64,000 nucleotides of DNA from Paraspadella gotoi (Eukaryota; Animalia; Chaetognatha), in contig CM119271.1 of NCBI GenBank assembly GCA_051294375.1, positions 15,010,770 through 15,074,769 on the forward strand. The letters are read 5' to 3'. How positions within the stretch are numbered: the first letter of the stretch is position 1; every line of letters begins with the position of its first letter. Position numbers and translations under genes: made by a program. A model generated the notes under the pieces. The model worked only from the letters and a program-made list of their open reading frames with translations. It did not search any database and had not been told where the DNA came from. Positions 21,028 through 34,200 of this stretch are shown here, piece by piece.

Positions 21028-24000
21028 ATGAGTGAAACGTCAGACATAATCCGTCTGTTGACGGCGTCGACCAAATTGGAGCGTGATCGCGGCGTCGTCC
21101 TCTTCGAGTCTCGTCTTCAGAATTTGTCCCTCGAGGACATCCTCGATCTTCAACGCTGCTTCACGCAGATGAGCTTCGTCTCCAAACACGGCCTTCACTC
21201 GGCTCCCTTCCTGACTCATTTGTCCGTTGATGATGTCGCCCTCGACGCCGCGTCCGACGTCGTCTCCTCCTCCTCATCCACCATCGACCTCTCCGTCGGC
21301 GACAGCGACTCGGAGTTGCCAACAAGTCCGGAGACGGGGAGGCGTCTCTCCAAGCGCAACGACCGCATCCTGGGTCTGGCCAACGGCGCCGTGACTCTCC
21401 TCGCTTCCGGGCGCGCCCAGCCCGGCTTCGCGCTCTCGATGGTCGAGCCCGCCATGTCGTTGTTGACACATCCCGAAGTCAGGGTGCGGGAAGCTATGGG
21501 GGTTTTGCTGGGAGCCATTACGGCGAGGTGCGTTGACGAGAGGGACACGGGAATGGGGGGAAAAATAAATATAACGACGACTCAATAGGGATTATTAGGT
21601 CATTAGTACTACATTGAGTAATCATTTTTGATGTATGAAAGAACCGAATCTTCGGCGAAGACTGATAAGTATTTTATTCCAAAATTAAGGGAAACAAGAC
21701 TTCGAATCATGATAGTTTAAACCGGAAATATAATAATTGAGAATGAGCATGTCTCTTATGCTAGTTAAGTCCCTAACAACCCGGATGGAATTCTTCCCGA
21801 TTTCAGGGAAGGTACCATCGTCTACGAGCAAGTGGGCGAGCGGCTGCGCGACTTCATCTCGGAAAATCTAAAACGCGATCAGACGATGTCCTCATTTGGC
21901 GACAGCGAAAGCGACCTCGGAATGGCGACGGAAGAAGAGAAGGTCCAACATCTCGTCGAGAAACTGTCGCGTGGTGGACAGGGGAAGTTCCTCAATGCCA
22001 GTAAGTGTGAAAAATGCTGTGAAAAAGCGAGTGAGTGTGAAATACAGAGTAAAGAAAAAGTATTGATACTTTTTCTTTTCAATTCTTAATAGGCGAGGTT
22101 TTCCACGACACTGCCGGTTGGAAGAACCTGGAGACGAGCCTGAAGGCGCTAGAACACGTCGTCAACGGCTGCGACAACCATTTTAGCAGCTTCATCGATC
22201 GTCCGCTTTTAAATCTGGTTACCGAAGCCTTGTATCACACCAACAGGTCGTGACCATATAGAACGCTTTAACAACTCTATCAAGAAATACAATCAGCTTT
22301 CTATTAAACATAGATTCGTTCGTGAAACGGGTTACAACTTGCTCGGCGCTCTCGTTCTCAGTTCTGAGGGAGTCTTGGACGATTACGGCGAAACCTTCGC
22401 CACGCATCTCAAACTTGGTGCGTCTTCCTGATTTAAAATTGTAAGAAAACTTACCTTACTTTACCCATGACCCAACTCACCTTTTAAACTTAAAAGGTTT
22501 GGCGGACAACTGGTCTCAAGTTCGCCTCTCTGCCTCGATGGCGACGCGGCGCTTCTTCCTCAATATGACGCCGGAACATCGGCGTCGCTTTTATCCGAAG
22601 CTCCTTCCTTGCGTTTGCCTCAATCGGTACTACGTGGCGGAGGGAGTGAAGCTCTACAATCAGGAGACGTGGAAGACGCTCATCAACTCTTCAGGGGTCA
22701 GGGGTTTATTATCGATCTGTCTGTCTGTCTGTCTGTGTTGTCATATAATAATTGTATTAAAGACGGGAGTTTCTTAATAAGATATGTTGTAAAAAGCGGG
22801 ACTAGCTTCTGAAGAACAGTATTTTTCATTGTATAAATGTTTAAGATGAAGGTTTTCCTACGATTATTAAAAAATATTGGTTTCTCATCATTTTCCTTCA
22901 CTTCCTTCAGTCGACGGGTCCCGAACTCGTCTCCCTTCATCTCAACTGCTTCGTCAACTTCTACGTCGCCGAGAGCCGGGCGAACAACCACGCGGTACGC
23001 GAGGCCGCCTGCGCCTGCATCGCCGAGCTCGGCAAGAAGATCCCCAAGCAGATCCTGGAACCGTTCGTCGAGGACTTGCTCTCCGCTTTGATCAGTTGTT
23101 TTCGCGACGACTCTTGGCCGGTTCGCGACGCCGCTTGCCTCGCTTGCGGAAATTTCGTCAAATCCTTTCCTGGTAAAGAAAATGAGTCTTGGCCTGCCGT
23201 TTTTGCTAAGTATTCGCACTCGCTCTCTCTCTCGCTCTCTCTCTCTATTTTCCCTTTTTTTTCTTCTCTCTTTTTATCTCTCTCTCTCTTTCTCTCTCTC
23301 TCTCTTTTTCTCTCACTCACTCACTCAATTCACTCTCTCTCTATCTCCCCACTTTCTCCCAGACGAAACCGAGGCTTCCTTGGAGGATCTCTTCCCCATG
23401 TTTTTCCTCAACTTGTCCGACAACATTCCCTCGGTTCGGCAAGGCGCCGCCCAAGCCTTGGCCCAAGTCGTCGAGGTCAACCCTAACGAGGGTCTCCGCC
23501 TTTGTCTCGACAAGATCGAAGAAGGTTGGAGGGGAGTCTTAAAGCAGAACTCTTCTACGGAGACCAACTCCCGTTACGAGAAAGTGCCCGGGGCGTTCGG
23601 GGTCATCAAACGAGTCGTCGTAGACGGAACCAAGGAACATACAGATGCTGCACATACCGATCAAGTCATGTACAGGTGAGTCTCTAATTATTCAGAAATA
23701 AATAAATTAAAATAATAATAATAATAATAATATAAAAAAATAGTAATAATAAAATGATAATAATTATCAAAATAAATAAATGCAAAAAAAACCGATCCAC
23801 CTTCCCCAGTTGTGGTTCACTCGCCCCCAAGATGGCCAGGGGTGGCGGCTGCATGGACCACAAGTTCACTCGCCCCGCCGAGCCTTGGGAGATCGGCGAC
23901 GGATGTCTTCATCTCGCTGCAGACTTGGTCTCCGGCGCTGCCTCAGCCACTGCTCCCCGTCCGACCGCTGCCACAGCCGCCGCTCCCCGTCCGACCGCTG

Positions 24001-24395
24001 CCTCCGTCGACTCCGCTTCCACCGCAGGCTCCGCTGCCGCTGCAGCGACTGCAGCGAAGCTTCTCCCGCCGCTCTTCCCTCTCCTCATAGAGGCTCTCGC
24101 TCAACGCGACTACCCGCAGCACGTCGTCTTCCTAGAAACTTTCTGTCACCGGCTGCCGGATATCGCTCGCGGAATCGGCAAACCGGTTTTCAAGCGACAC
24201 CTGGAGTCCTTTTTTCCCGCGCTTTTTTACTCGCTGGATTCGGAGACGGCATTGACGAGAGAGGCGGCGCTCAAGTGCGTCTTCGACGTCGCCGCTTTCA
24301 TCGGTCCCGGCATCTTTCGCGGCCGCGTGGAGAATTATGATCCGACGCTGTTGAGCAAACTGCCTCCGTTGCCAGACACGCTGAGACGTTTTTAA
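21028..24395 (+). CDS. Uncharacterised HEAT/ARM-repeat protein, about 8 exons
   Basis: Exons splice in consistent phase and carry HEAT-type motifs (HPEVRVREAMG, HTNRFVRETGY, DNWSQVRLSAS, NHAVREAAC, DDSWPVRDAAC, DNIPSVRQGAA). Codon/GC pattern matches neighbouring genes. Confidence 0.8.
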
Positions 24396-24613
24396 AAAAT
24401 ACTCTGTAGGAGACGCCCCCTTACACTTTCATTCAAGGAAAAAAAAAGAGCTTGAAATCTTTAATGTTCAATCTCATTTGCAAATTGTAGGGTTTTTTTT
24501 ATTGTTAACATATTCGGATTTTTTTATTCTTTTTCTTTGTTTACTTGTTTAATCCAGAATAATCTCGTTAAAACGTTTTCGTCCGAAGAATGTTTGCCCG
24601 GTGAAATTGGACC

Positions 24614-27600
24614 ATGGCCGTGTCTCTGCGAGCCGTTTCCCTTCTCCGCCCTTCCTTCCTCTCGCCTTTCCTTCTCTCCTCCTCTTCCTCCTCTCTCGCC
24701 ACTCCCTCTCCTTCCACCCCAATCCCCTCCCCCCTCCGTCGCCCCGTCCTCCCCCGACGAAGCCTTCCCTTCCTCCTCCCTAACGAACGCCCACGCAAGT
24801 GTTGGCTCGAGACTCTGAAGGGCGGCCGCGACGGCGACGAGCGAATCGGGCTCCTCGATCTTCATCCGCACATCTTCTCCTTCTCGCTCAGGACGGACGT
24901 ACTGTACGACAACGTGAGGTGGCAAAAGACATACAGGGAGATCAATTGGGAACACGAGGAGGACAGGTCAAGTTTTGTTGCGCAATAATTAAAGTAACAA
25001 AATTCGGTTTAATTTTCATCTATAATTCACTTTTGTCGGTCCGTCGGTCCCACCCTAAAATCTTATCGGTAAATCATTTTTATCATATCAGAACATCGAA
25101 TTATGATAAATTATGCAAAAAAAATGATGTCCGTCCATCCATCTGTCCGTCCTCATTAGCATTAAACTCTAATCACTCGTGATTGGATGGATGGATGTAT
25201 TGGAATGAAATTTTATAAGGGGAGGTTTATGTACCGGATATATGAGGGTATGTTTGCCTGTGATAAGATAGGCATATTACTAGATACTAAAGGTTCAGTG
25301 TTCATTAATATCTTACTTGATGGTATCTTGACTTGACTTGGCATCGGTGAAGAATGCTCGCTTACTATGTAAACTGTCTTTAATGTGTATAGCTAGTTAG
25401 CTTTGCCTGAAGTAGAGAAATGGAAACACAATTATACACTATTTATTTATCTCTATTATATTGTGCTTAGACCTTATTGAACGCAATTTAGCACTATTAG
25501 TGATTAACTGTTAAGATGTTAATCTTATGCTGATTGAGCTCTGATAAGGAGAAATGGACTCTAACAAGAGAGTGCGTCCCCAAAACCAAAGCTGAATAAT
25601 GGTTTAACTTCTGAACAAATAAAGGAATCACTAAATATGAGCAAGTCAAATCTTTAAGTAATAAAATGTTAAAGTATTATTATTAATTAATTAGTTAAAA
25701 TATTACTAATAAAATATATATATATATATATAATAAAATAAAATATTACTATTACTATAATATTATTAATAATCATCTCTTACAATTTTGTGAGAAAAGG
25801 AAAATAGTGATTGAGCTGGATAATGGATATAGTTTCGATGGAATCGTGCGAGTTGAAATAAGTTTAATGGAACAAACAAAAGTCACATTTACTTGAAGTT
25901 TTATTAGTACTTACCTCATGAACCAAATCGACTGATACAAAAGAAAAATTAATTATAATAATTATACGTAAACTAAACGCCAATAATAAAAAAATATTAT
26001 TTTTAATATATCACACAACGAAAAGAAAAGATTACACAGTATTAAAAAATCAAAATAGCTACGTAAAAGTTTGAACAGAAAGGGATGGAGGGGATAATTG
26101 GTTTTAGGATTATGTATATTTTGTTACTGTTATAGGATTAGACCATATAATAGAATTGTATGTTATGACGTTGCGAGGATGGTCGTCCAAAAATTCCTCT
26201 CGATCCCTCCAGGTACGAAATGAAGGGAGGCGGTCACAAGCCCTGGAAGCAAAAGGGCACGGGCCGCGCCCGCCACGCCTCCATCCGCGCTCCGCAGTGG
26301 CGCAATGGCGGGAAGGCGAACGGGAAAAGGGCGCCCACCAGTTTTTATTATGAGATGCCGAAGAAGGATCGAATAGACGGACTCAGGGGAGTCCTTACCT
26401 ACAAGTATTTGCAGGGTAAGTTAGGTTGCACTGGCTTGCCCCAGATAATCGAATATTTGTATTAATCATTAATAATCAACTTAATCAGCATTACTTCTAT
26501 ATCCCGTCAAAAATCCAAACAACTATGATATATTCCATTAGATTCACGACGCTGCAATATGCAAATGAGATTAAAGATCCCCAATTTCTCTTTCAGGCGA
26601 CCTCCGAATCGTGGACTCGCTCGACCTTGACTCCGACGATCCCGCCGAACTCGAAGCCCTCGCCGTGGATCGAGGATGGGGCATCTCCGCCCTCCTCATC
26701 TCCGCCTCCGACCGCCTCGCCCCCAACACGGCCGTCGCCACCTCCGCCCTCTTCAACATCAGCGCGATGCCCGTCTACGGATTCAACGTCTTCTCCGCTT
26801 TGAAGCACGAGACGCTCGTCCTTTCCCTCGACGCCCTCGACGAGATCGAGGCTAAACTCTTGAAGGTTGTGAAGGGAGAGGGGGACGATGGGAATGAACC
26901 TTTTTTTGTACTGGTGCCTAGGTCGTGTTATTAATAATATTATTAATATGTCCGTTAGCGCTCTGGCGATGACTAGAAAATTACCACCGGAAACGACGTA
27001 AACGTGTTTTAAAAGCAAACTTCAGGGTTGTAAAAAAAAATGTTCTACTAAATTAGAGAAAAATGAAATTTAATAGAGTAAATTAATTAATGGAGATTAA
27101 TTTTCTAGTTATTAATATTATTTATTATCATTTATTATTATTTATTATTAATAATTAAATTAAAATTAATGATAAAATGCTTAAAATTGGAGCTTTCCTT
27201 CTCTTTGAACCGCGCAGGCGCTGAACTCCAACGAGATAGAATATCCTGTTAACCCGCCAATGGCCTGGCCCGACCCCGCCATATCGGGTCAGTTTAAATT
27301 CAAGACATTCGATGACGAGGATTGGGACATTGAGGAGCGGCACTTGCAGGTCGACCATCTCCATCTAAGACCCATATTTATTTAATTTATTTTCTTTTAT
27401 TTATTCATTCATTCGTTTATTCATCATTCTCTCCTAATTGAATAAAGATGCTTTATTCATTCCTTCGTTTATTCATTCATTCGTTTATACATTCTTTCTT
27501 TCATTAATTCATTTTATATATTCATTACAGATGCCGTTCACTCCGCGGGGCGATGGTCACGTGACGGTGAAACGGAGCGACGGGTCCACGGTTCGCGTCC

Positions 27601-27701
27601 AGGATCCGATTCCTCCGGCGCCGAAAGTCGCGTGGCATCGCGTCGGAGAAGAGGGTCGATGGGTCTATCAGTACGAGGACATAGAGAGCGAGAGAAACTG
27701 A
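24614..27701 (+). CDS. MRPL4: Mitochondrial ribosomal protein uL4m
   Basis: WLETL....[10 protein letters not shown]....R.DVLY.NV.WQ..YR, then [27 protein letters not shown], and [24 protein letters not shown]. Confidence 0.92.
25553..25670 (+). repeat. Dispersed repeat, second copy at ~47684-47800
   Basis: 'atggactctaacaa.a.agtgcgtccc.aaaccaaagctgaataatggtt.aacttctgaac.aataaag...aatatgagcaagtcaa' occurs in MRPL4 and TLCD4 introns. Confidence 0.8.
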
Positions 27702-27895
27702 AAACACGAAAGAAACTTGTTTTGCTTTTTATTTCCATTTCTCCCTCCACCCCGTCATTGTGTTATTGATTGTTGGATCGAGACATAAGTTTTTCGTTTT
27801 GTCAAAGGTGGTTCTTTGCCTTTCAGATTCGTTCAAAATATCGATAGTAAAGGGGATTCAGAATTTATAAAAAAAAAAATTGTAAGACAAAAAAA

Positions 27896-28925
27896 ATGGG
27901 ATTCTCCACGAAACCGCTGGTCATCGACGGAAGGGGGCATCTTTTAGGCCGATTGGCTTCCATCATCGCCAAGGCTCTCTTGCAGGGACAGAGGGTCGTC
28001 GTCGTGCGTTGCGAAGGTTGTTGTTGTTGTTGTCTTTTCTAAAGTCCAAAGCTTCCTTAAATCTTCGTTTATTAATTATTAAATTAAATTATTAGATAAT
28101 ACGAACGAGTTAGAAAATAGTTAAAGAATTCATTTCTTCTTGTCCTCTGATTAGGCATCAACATCTCGGGAAGTTTTTATCGCAACAAACTCAAATACAT
28201 GGACTTTTTAAGGAAGAGGTGCAACGTTAACCCGAAGAGAGGACCCTTCCATCACAGGTTCGAATTCGCCCTGGTTTTCTTCAATAGATGAGATATCTTG
28301 CCCCTGGCTTCGGATTGGCTAGGGTCGTTCAAGGCCTCTATCCTTACAATCGATCAAGACTCTTTAACATTATTCATTGACTCCCAGATAAAGAATAATA
28401 ATAATTTTTTTTTGTTGGTTTTTTTTCATTAATTTATCGTTGCGTCTCTTTGTTTAGGGCCCCCAGCCGAATTCTCTACCGCACTATTCGCGGGATGCTT
28501 CCCCACAAGCTCGCCCGCGGTCAGGAGGCCATGAAGCGCTTCCGCGGCTACGAGGGCGTTCCCGCCCCTTTTGACAAGAGAAAGCGACTGGTAAACGACT
28601 ATAAATTTTATTAAATGTCCTGGAGTTATATTTAAATAACAATCCGTCTTCCTCCCCTGACCAGGTGGTGCCGTCCGCTTTGCGCGTGATTCGTCTGCAG
28701 CCTCACCGCAAGTTCTGCGTGCTCGGCCGTCTCTCTCACGAAGTCGGCTGGAAGTACCAGCACGTTATCCAAACCCTGGAGGCCAAGCGAAAGGCCAAAG
28801 GCGCCGTCTACTATAAGAAGAAACGGGCCGATCTGGCGCTGAAGGCCAAGGCCAAATCCCAAGTTGGGGCCAAGGTCGCCCCGCACGAGGCCGTCATGAA
28901 GCAGTTCGGGATCAACAGGCTTTAA
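27896..28925 (+). CDS. RPL13A: 60S ribosomal protein uL13 (L13a), 4 exons
   Basis: [39 protein letters not shown]|[31 protein letters not shown]|[16 protein letters not shown]...[11 protein letters not shown]. Confidence 0.97.
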
Positions 28926-29632
28926 AAAAAGGGGAGAGAGAAGGGGAACCGAAAAAAAAGACAATTTATGTCCCTAACCTTCCCAGTTGAAGCGGATCAC
29001 TTTTGGAAACTTTTCATTTTAATTTGTTTTGTTTTCTAACTTTTATTGTTAAGATCTTATTATCTCGAGAGCAAAAACACGAAATGATAGATGTTAAAAT
29101 TTGATTTTCTCTTTTTAGATGAGCGATTTTATTGAAGAAAAAAACACTGAAATTATCGGATTCAACGAACGTAGGAACTGAGAAGTGTTTAATGAAATTT
29201 CACATAATAATAGTAGTAGCGTCGACATGATTTATTTGAAATACAACGCTAAAAAAACCGATTGAAAAGGTTAAAAAGAAAAGCGCTCATATTTAACAAG
29301 TCAGTAGTTATTCGCCATTATGCTATGTATGTTATACATAAAGTAGATTAACACGTATTTAAAAAACATTTAGATTCTAAATTTAAAAAAAAATATTGAG
29401 ATTAAAGACGAAGTCTTTTACATCAACGATTGATTTGATGTTAATCTCAAAAATACCTAAACAACGAAAAGAAATAATATTCGCAAAATATATATATATA
29501 TATAATAAAAAAATATTTTCCCTTAAAAGTAATTCGTGAAGGAATTACGAATAGGCAAAACAACGCAAATCTACTGAACGAGTTTTTTATTTCTTATCAG
29601 TAAAAAAGAAGAACTGGAACAGAAAGAAAGAA

Positions 29633-30471
29633 TCACTGAAGACTGAATAGTTGTGCCGTGCGACTACGATCCCCACCCATGTAGCCAATGTAGTAATCTT
29701 GATTCCCGTGGCGGTTGTTGTTGTTGTTATTTTCGAGAAGTGCTCCACGACGATAGTGAATCAGGCTGGGACTGTTGCCATCGCTGCTGTAGCCCGAATC
29801 GTTGGTCCTCTCGTTATTATCCATGTTGCCATTCGTGTTGCCATTCGTGTTGCCATCCACGTTGTTGCCTCCGTCGTCATCGTCGATTTTCATGGAGCGC
29901 ATCAACTTAATCGGCGGCTCAGACCTTTCCATTTGATGTTGAAGGCGTTGCTTGGACATCTCGATGTCTCGCAAGAGACCGCGATATAGATTCGTGTCCA
30001 GTCCAGCCAACTGCTCCGCCAGCTGTTCCTTGGCTGCCAGGGCCCTTTGGCCGTGATTGTTGCATTTTTTAAGCTCCTCCGAGGTTTGGTTGATCGAGTG
30101 GTGGGCTGCAGAGAGAGAGAGTGATTTTAAGACGCGGGTTTTACGATCGGACATATAAGCTTGTCTTAGATAAATATTCACTCGCTCAATGTTCAAACTC
30201 AAAACATAAAAAAGATAAAGAAAACCCGGCCGCGAAACTCACCTTCCAAGACTTTGTGGGCGACTTTGATGACTTGCATCTCTTTAGCGAGGCTGTGCTG
30301 GCTCACCCTCCTCCAGACGTGATCGGCGTGACGGCAGAATCGATCCGTCGTCATCACCTCCGTTTTGTCGTAGATTTTGTGAAGGAGGGAATTGACTTCG
30401 TCGGTGACGGTTTCCAAACCGCGGGCCGTTCGCGGCGGAGGCGGCGGCGGCGGCAGGGGAAAGCGGAACAT
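29633..30471 (-). CDS. Uncharacterised two-exon protein (~233 aa), helical/coiled-coil-like; exons 30471-30243 and 30105-29633
   Basis: Two - strand ORFs join in phase through a GTGAG...ctctctgcAG intron (30242-30106). Coding-like GC content; no family recognised. Confidence 0.65.
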
Positions 30472-30875
30472 GGTGCGCCTTTTTCAGATGGCTTGGATTT
30501 GGCGCCGTTTGGAGTTTTTAGTGGAAAGAAGTTCCAACTTGCGGAAATCTTTAGTCGTGGATGTTCGAGAAAAAAAAAAGATGCTTCTTTTTAGTTTTCT
30601 CTTCGTTGGAGTGAAAAAAAATGTGGTTTTTTTTTCTATGGATGTGAAGGAAAGAGAAAGAAATCGTAGTTGACGCTTGGGAAAAGAAATTTTGATGTGA
30701 AATGACGAATCGTGAGGTGAGGCGAGTCCGGGGTGAAGAGGAGGAGGAGGAGGTCACGGAAAAAATAACAATGGTGCAGAGAGAGAGAGAGAGAGAGAAA
30801 GCGAGAGAGACAAGTGCTATTGTCAAATTTTGTCTCATTATTCTCGGAAACAATTGACTTTTCCTTCTCGCTTTC

Positions 30876-30884
30876 TTTTTTATA
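30876..30884 (-). promoter_or_regulatory. Candidate TATA box (TATAAAAAA) for the - strand gene
   Basis: The + strand ttttttata reads TATAAAAAA on the - strand, about 410 bp upstream of the ATG at 30471. Confidence 0.4.
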
Positions 30885-31264
30885 CTGGCTTCATCTTCGT
30901 GCACAATGACTTTACCGATAGAGCTCTCTCTCTCATTGGCTTCCGTTTCGAAACAGAATAGCTGGTTTATCAGACGATAAACGAAAGGATATTTATTTTG
31001 GATATCAGCGGTTTTAAGAAATTGTAGTTAGACTGACCAAAGGCTTGGTTTTGAGAGCCCGTTGTAGTCTTTTCTCGTTCGCGCTATTTTCTAAACGAAC
31101 AATCAGTGAAGGTTTACTTTATTTTGTCAACTAGTCAGTTTTAATATTCTGTATTTTTTCCCCCGAATTAAAATCTAAGGGTTAAATTTTAAAATGTTTG
31201 GTTGCGGGTGGAGATCCACGCGACGCTTGAACTGTTTTCGAAGTCGAAGCTGCGAATCGAAGAG

Positions 31265-34200
31265 ATGGCTGCGTCGATCGGAGCGAAGGTACAGAGGAAA
31301 ATGAAAATAATGGCTGGAAATGTTTCGTTTAGGCTACTAACATATTAATAATTTCGATAATCATTAGCCCTAAAAAGCTTCGATATAAAATAACTTCTGC
31401 CCAACTAGTTGACTTATGAGCCTGATTATCTATGACAACGACAACTCCGTTTCATTTTCCCTTACTCTTTTCTCTTTGTTTAACTCTTCACTCACCTTTG
31501 CCCTATTTGAAGATGAAACCAGGATTTTTTTCTCTTCTAAATTAGACAAATATATAATTATATATTCATTTTGTCTTATTTTCAAACGCTTTTCTTTTTT
31601 TCTCTTGCTTCTCTTTTCCTTCTCCCCTCCTCTTTTCCCCCTTCCCCTCCTCTTTTTCCCTTCCCCGCCTCCCTTCCCCTTCCCCTCCTCTTTTCCCCCT
31701 TCTCTTTTTCCCTTCCCCGCCTCCTTTCCCCTTCCCCTCCTCTTTTCCCCCTTCCCCTCTTATTTTGCCTTTCCCCCTTCTTCTTCTCCCTCCTTTTCTA
31801 CTCCCCAGAGCCTTTTCCCCATCCCCCACCTTCGCCGCCTCGGTCCCTCTTCTCCACGAGTCTGCCTTCATTAACGGACATCTGACGAAGGCGGCCGACG
31901 GCGCCGTCTTCCAAGTCTCTAATCCTGCCAATGGCGAGCTCATCGGGGTCGTGCCCGATATGGGCGAGGAAGACGCCGCTAAGGTCGAATAGGGGATGGG
32001 TCGAAGGAAGGTTATACATGTATGTATTCATTAAAAGAAATTCAAAGAAACTGGTCAATTTTTCATTGAAATTAGCACGACTAATATAAAAATTATCCAT
32101 TCATTTAATAAATAAGCTATTTCGCCCCAGACTTTGGACAGGCTTTGGTGGTTTAAGGCCTCCATCACTCTTACAAGATTATGACATAGCAGGTTACTGC
32201 AAGCTTTCAATCAAGACTCTGTTAGTCTCGTTTATTCACTCCCAGAGTACCTGGCTTCCCTATCAATGAAGTGGTATAATATTTCAAGGAACCACTCCCA
32301 TAAATATTAGATCGGGGAATACTATATTGTACTCCGCCGTAATACTAAGATTTTAGCGATTGTATTTGGTGAAATTCACCGCACCTGATCTAAAGACAAA
32401 AACGAACGTTTGACTAAACCACTGTTGTGTTCCGGGTCAACCGGATAAATTATGGTAAAAAACCAGAACAACAACAACAAAAAAGAGCTCAACGACTCAA
32501 AATCCATGATTTTCCTTTCTTAGGCCGTCGCCGCCGCTCAAACCGCCTTTCCCGAATGGCGCGAGCGAACGGCCAAAGAGCGGAGCGCTCTCCTCAAAAA
32601 TTGGTTTCAGCTTTTGACCCAAAACTCTCAAGATTTGGCAAAGTTGTTGACAATAGAGCAGGTGAGGTCGAGAGAGAGAGAGTCAACCGGTATTGTCCGT
32701 GGGTTACCGTTGCAGGACTGCGGAGAGAGCAGTCCGCGGCTGCTGCTGCGGCCGTTTTTTTACGGCCTTTTGTTCAATTCCTAGTTTCACAAAGATTCGT
32801 GAACAATGAAGGGATTAAGAAAAGTTTAGTTTGACCAATGACCAGTTGACCACTAAATTATTTATATACATACATGTAATTTTAATCGAATACAACAAGG
32901 TTGATTCAGTAATATATCAGTTTGTACCAATTTCATATCAGTATGATCATAATCAATTTATAATTAACGCTCTTTTGATATTAATTAAGCTCTAAATTAA
33001 TCGCCATTCGCCAATTTCATGACAGGGGAAACCCCTAGCGGAGTCAGTGGGAGAAATGAGTTACTCCAATTCTTTCATCGAGTGGTTCGCCGAGGAAGGT
33101 GGGTCAGATTAGGTGGGTCTGATTTGTGAAGTTGTTGAAGCCGGTTGGGTGATTGAATAGATGAAATGGGTACAACCAATATAACAATTATCCATTGATT
33201 TGATAAACCAGCTCTCTTGCCTCCTGACTTTGGACAAGCTATTTGGGTTAAGGCCTCCATCCTTCTTAACATATAATAACATAATAGGACCTTTCAAGCT
33301 TTCAATTAATACTCTTCCTGTTTAGTTTATTTAATTATTGAAATGGTTGTTAGGTAAATCAAAAGGTGAGAGAACAATAAAGTAGTGATTTTTTTTTTCA
33401 AAGCAAACACTTCTGAACAGAACAGCAATATTCATAAGTATTAAACATAAAATACGTAGTTGGTATAAATAGTTAATTAAATACAGTAGTTAATGTAGTT
33501 GTTAATGAAATATATAAAAATGCATTACCATCAGCTCGTCGCGTCTACGGCGACGTGGTCCCTTCACCCGTCCCCTCCAAACGCATCCTCCACTTTAAAC
33601 AGCCCGTCGGCGTCGTCGGCGTCATCACGCCTTGGAATTTCCCCTCGGCGATGATCACGAGAAAAGCAGGTCGCTAACATTTCCTTCTTTTTCCATCTTT
33701 TTAATTAACTCGCCCCCCCCCCCTGCCTCGACGTGCCACGTCTTAGGCGCGGCGTTGGCTGCCGGATGTCCGGTCGTCGTCAAACCGGCTGAGGACACGC
33801 CCTACTCGGCGATCGCCCTCGCCGTCCTCGCTCAAGAAGTGAGGGAGTTGGATAAAACAACATCAATACATGAATACACGAAAATAAATAAATGAAATAA
33901 TAAATGAATGAATAAAAAAATGAATATAGAAACATGAAATCATTAATATTCGCGGGAAATAGCGTTTGATGATTTAGGGTTTTTGCTTTTTGTTTTTGCT
34001 AAGAAGATCGGAGTGTGGCTTGAGATGGGGAGTGTGGCAGAACATGTGGCATGAAGATGTTGACGACACGAGGTTCAGATAGAAAATGGGTCATAAAAAT
34101 GACGATCGTCTTAGTAAATTATATTTACTGCTTTGACCAATAATTGTTAACGAATCTGTTATTGATCACCGATTCATTTATTGATCCATTCATCCATCTA

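Noticed and set aside
28018-28665. Intronic snoRNAs in RPL13A, as in vertebrates
   Set aside because: No convincing C/D box pairs with terminal stems; intron 2 is mostly a copy of the dispersed repeat.
31416-31943. Pro/Phe-rich and Gly/Lys-rich ORFs
   Set aside because: Low-complexity polypyrimidine tract of ALDH5A1 intron 1.
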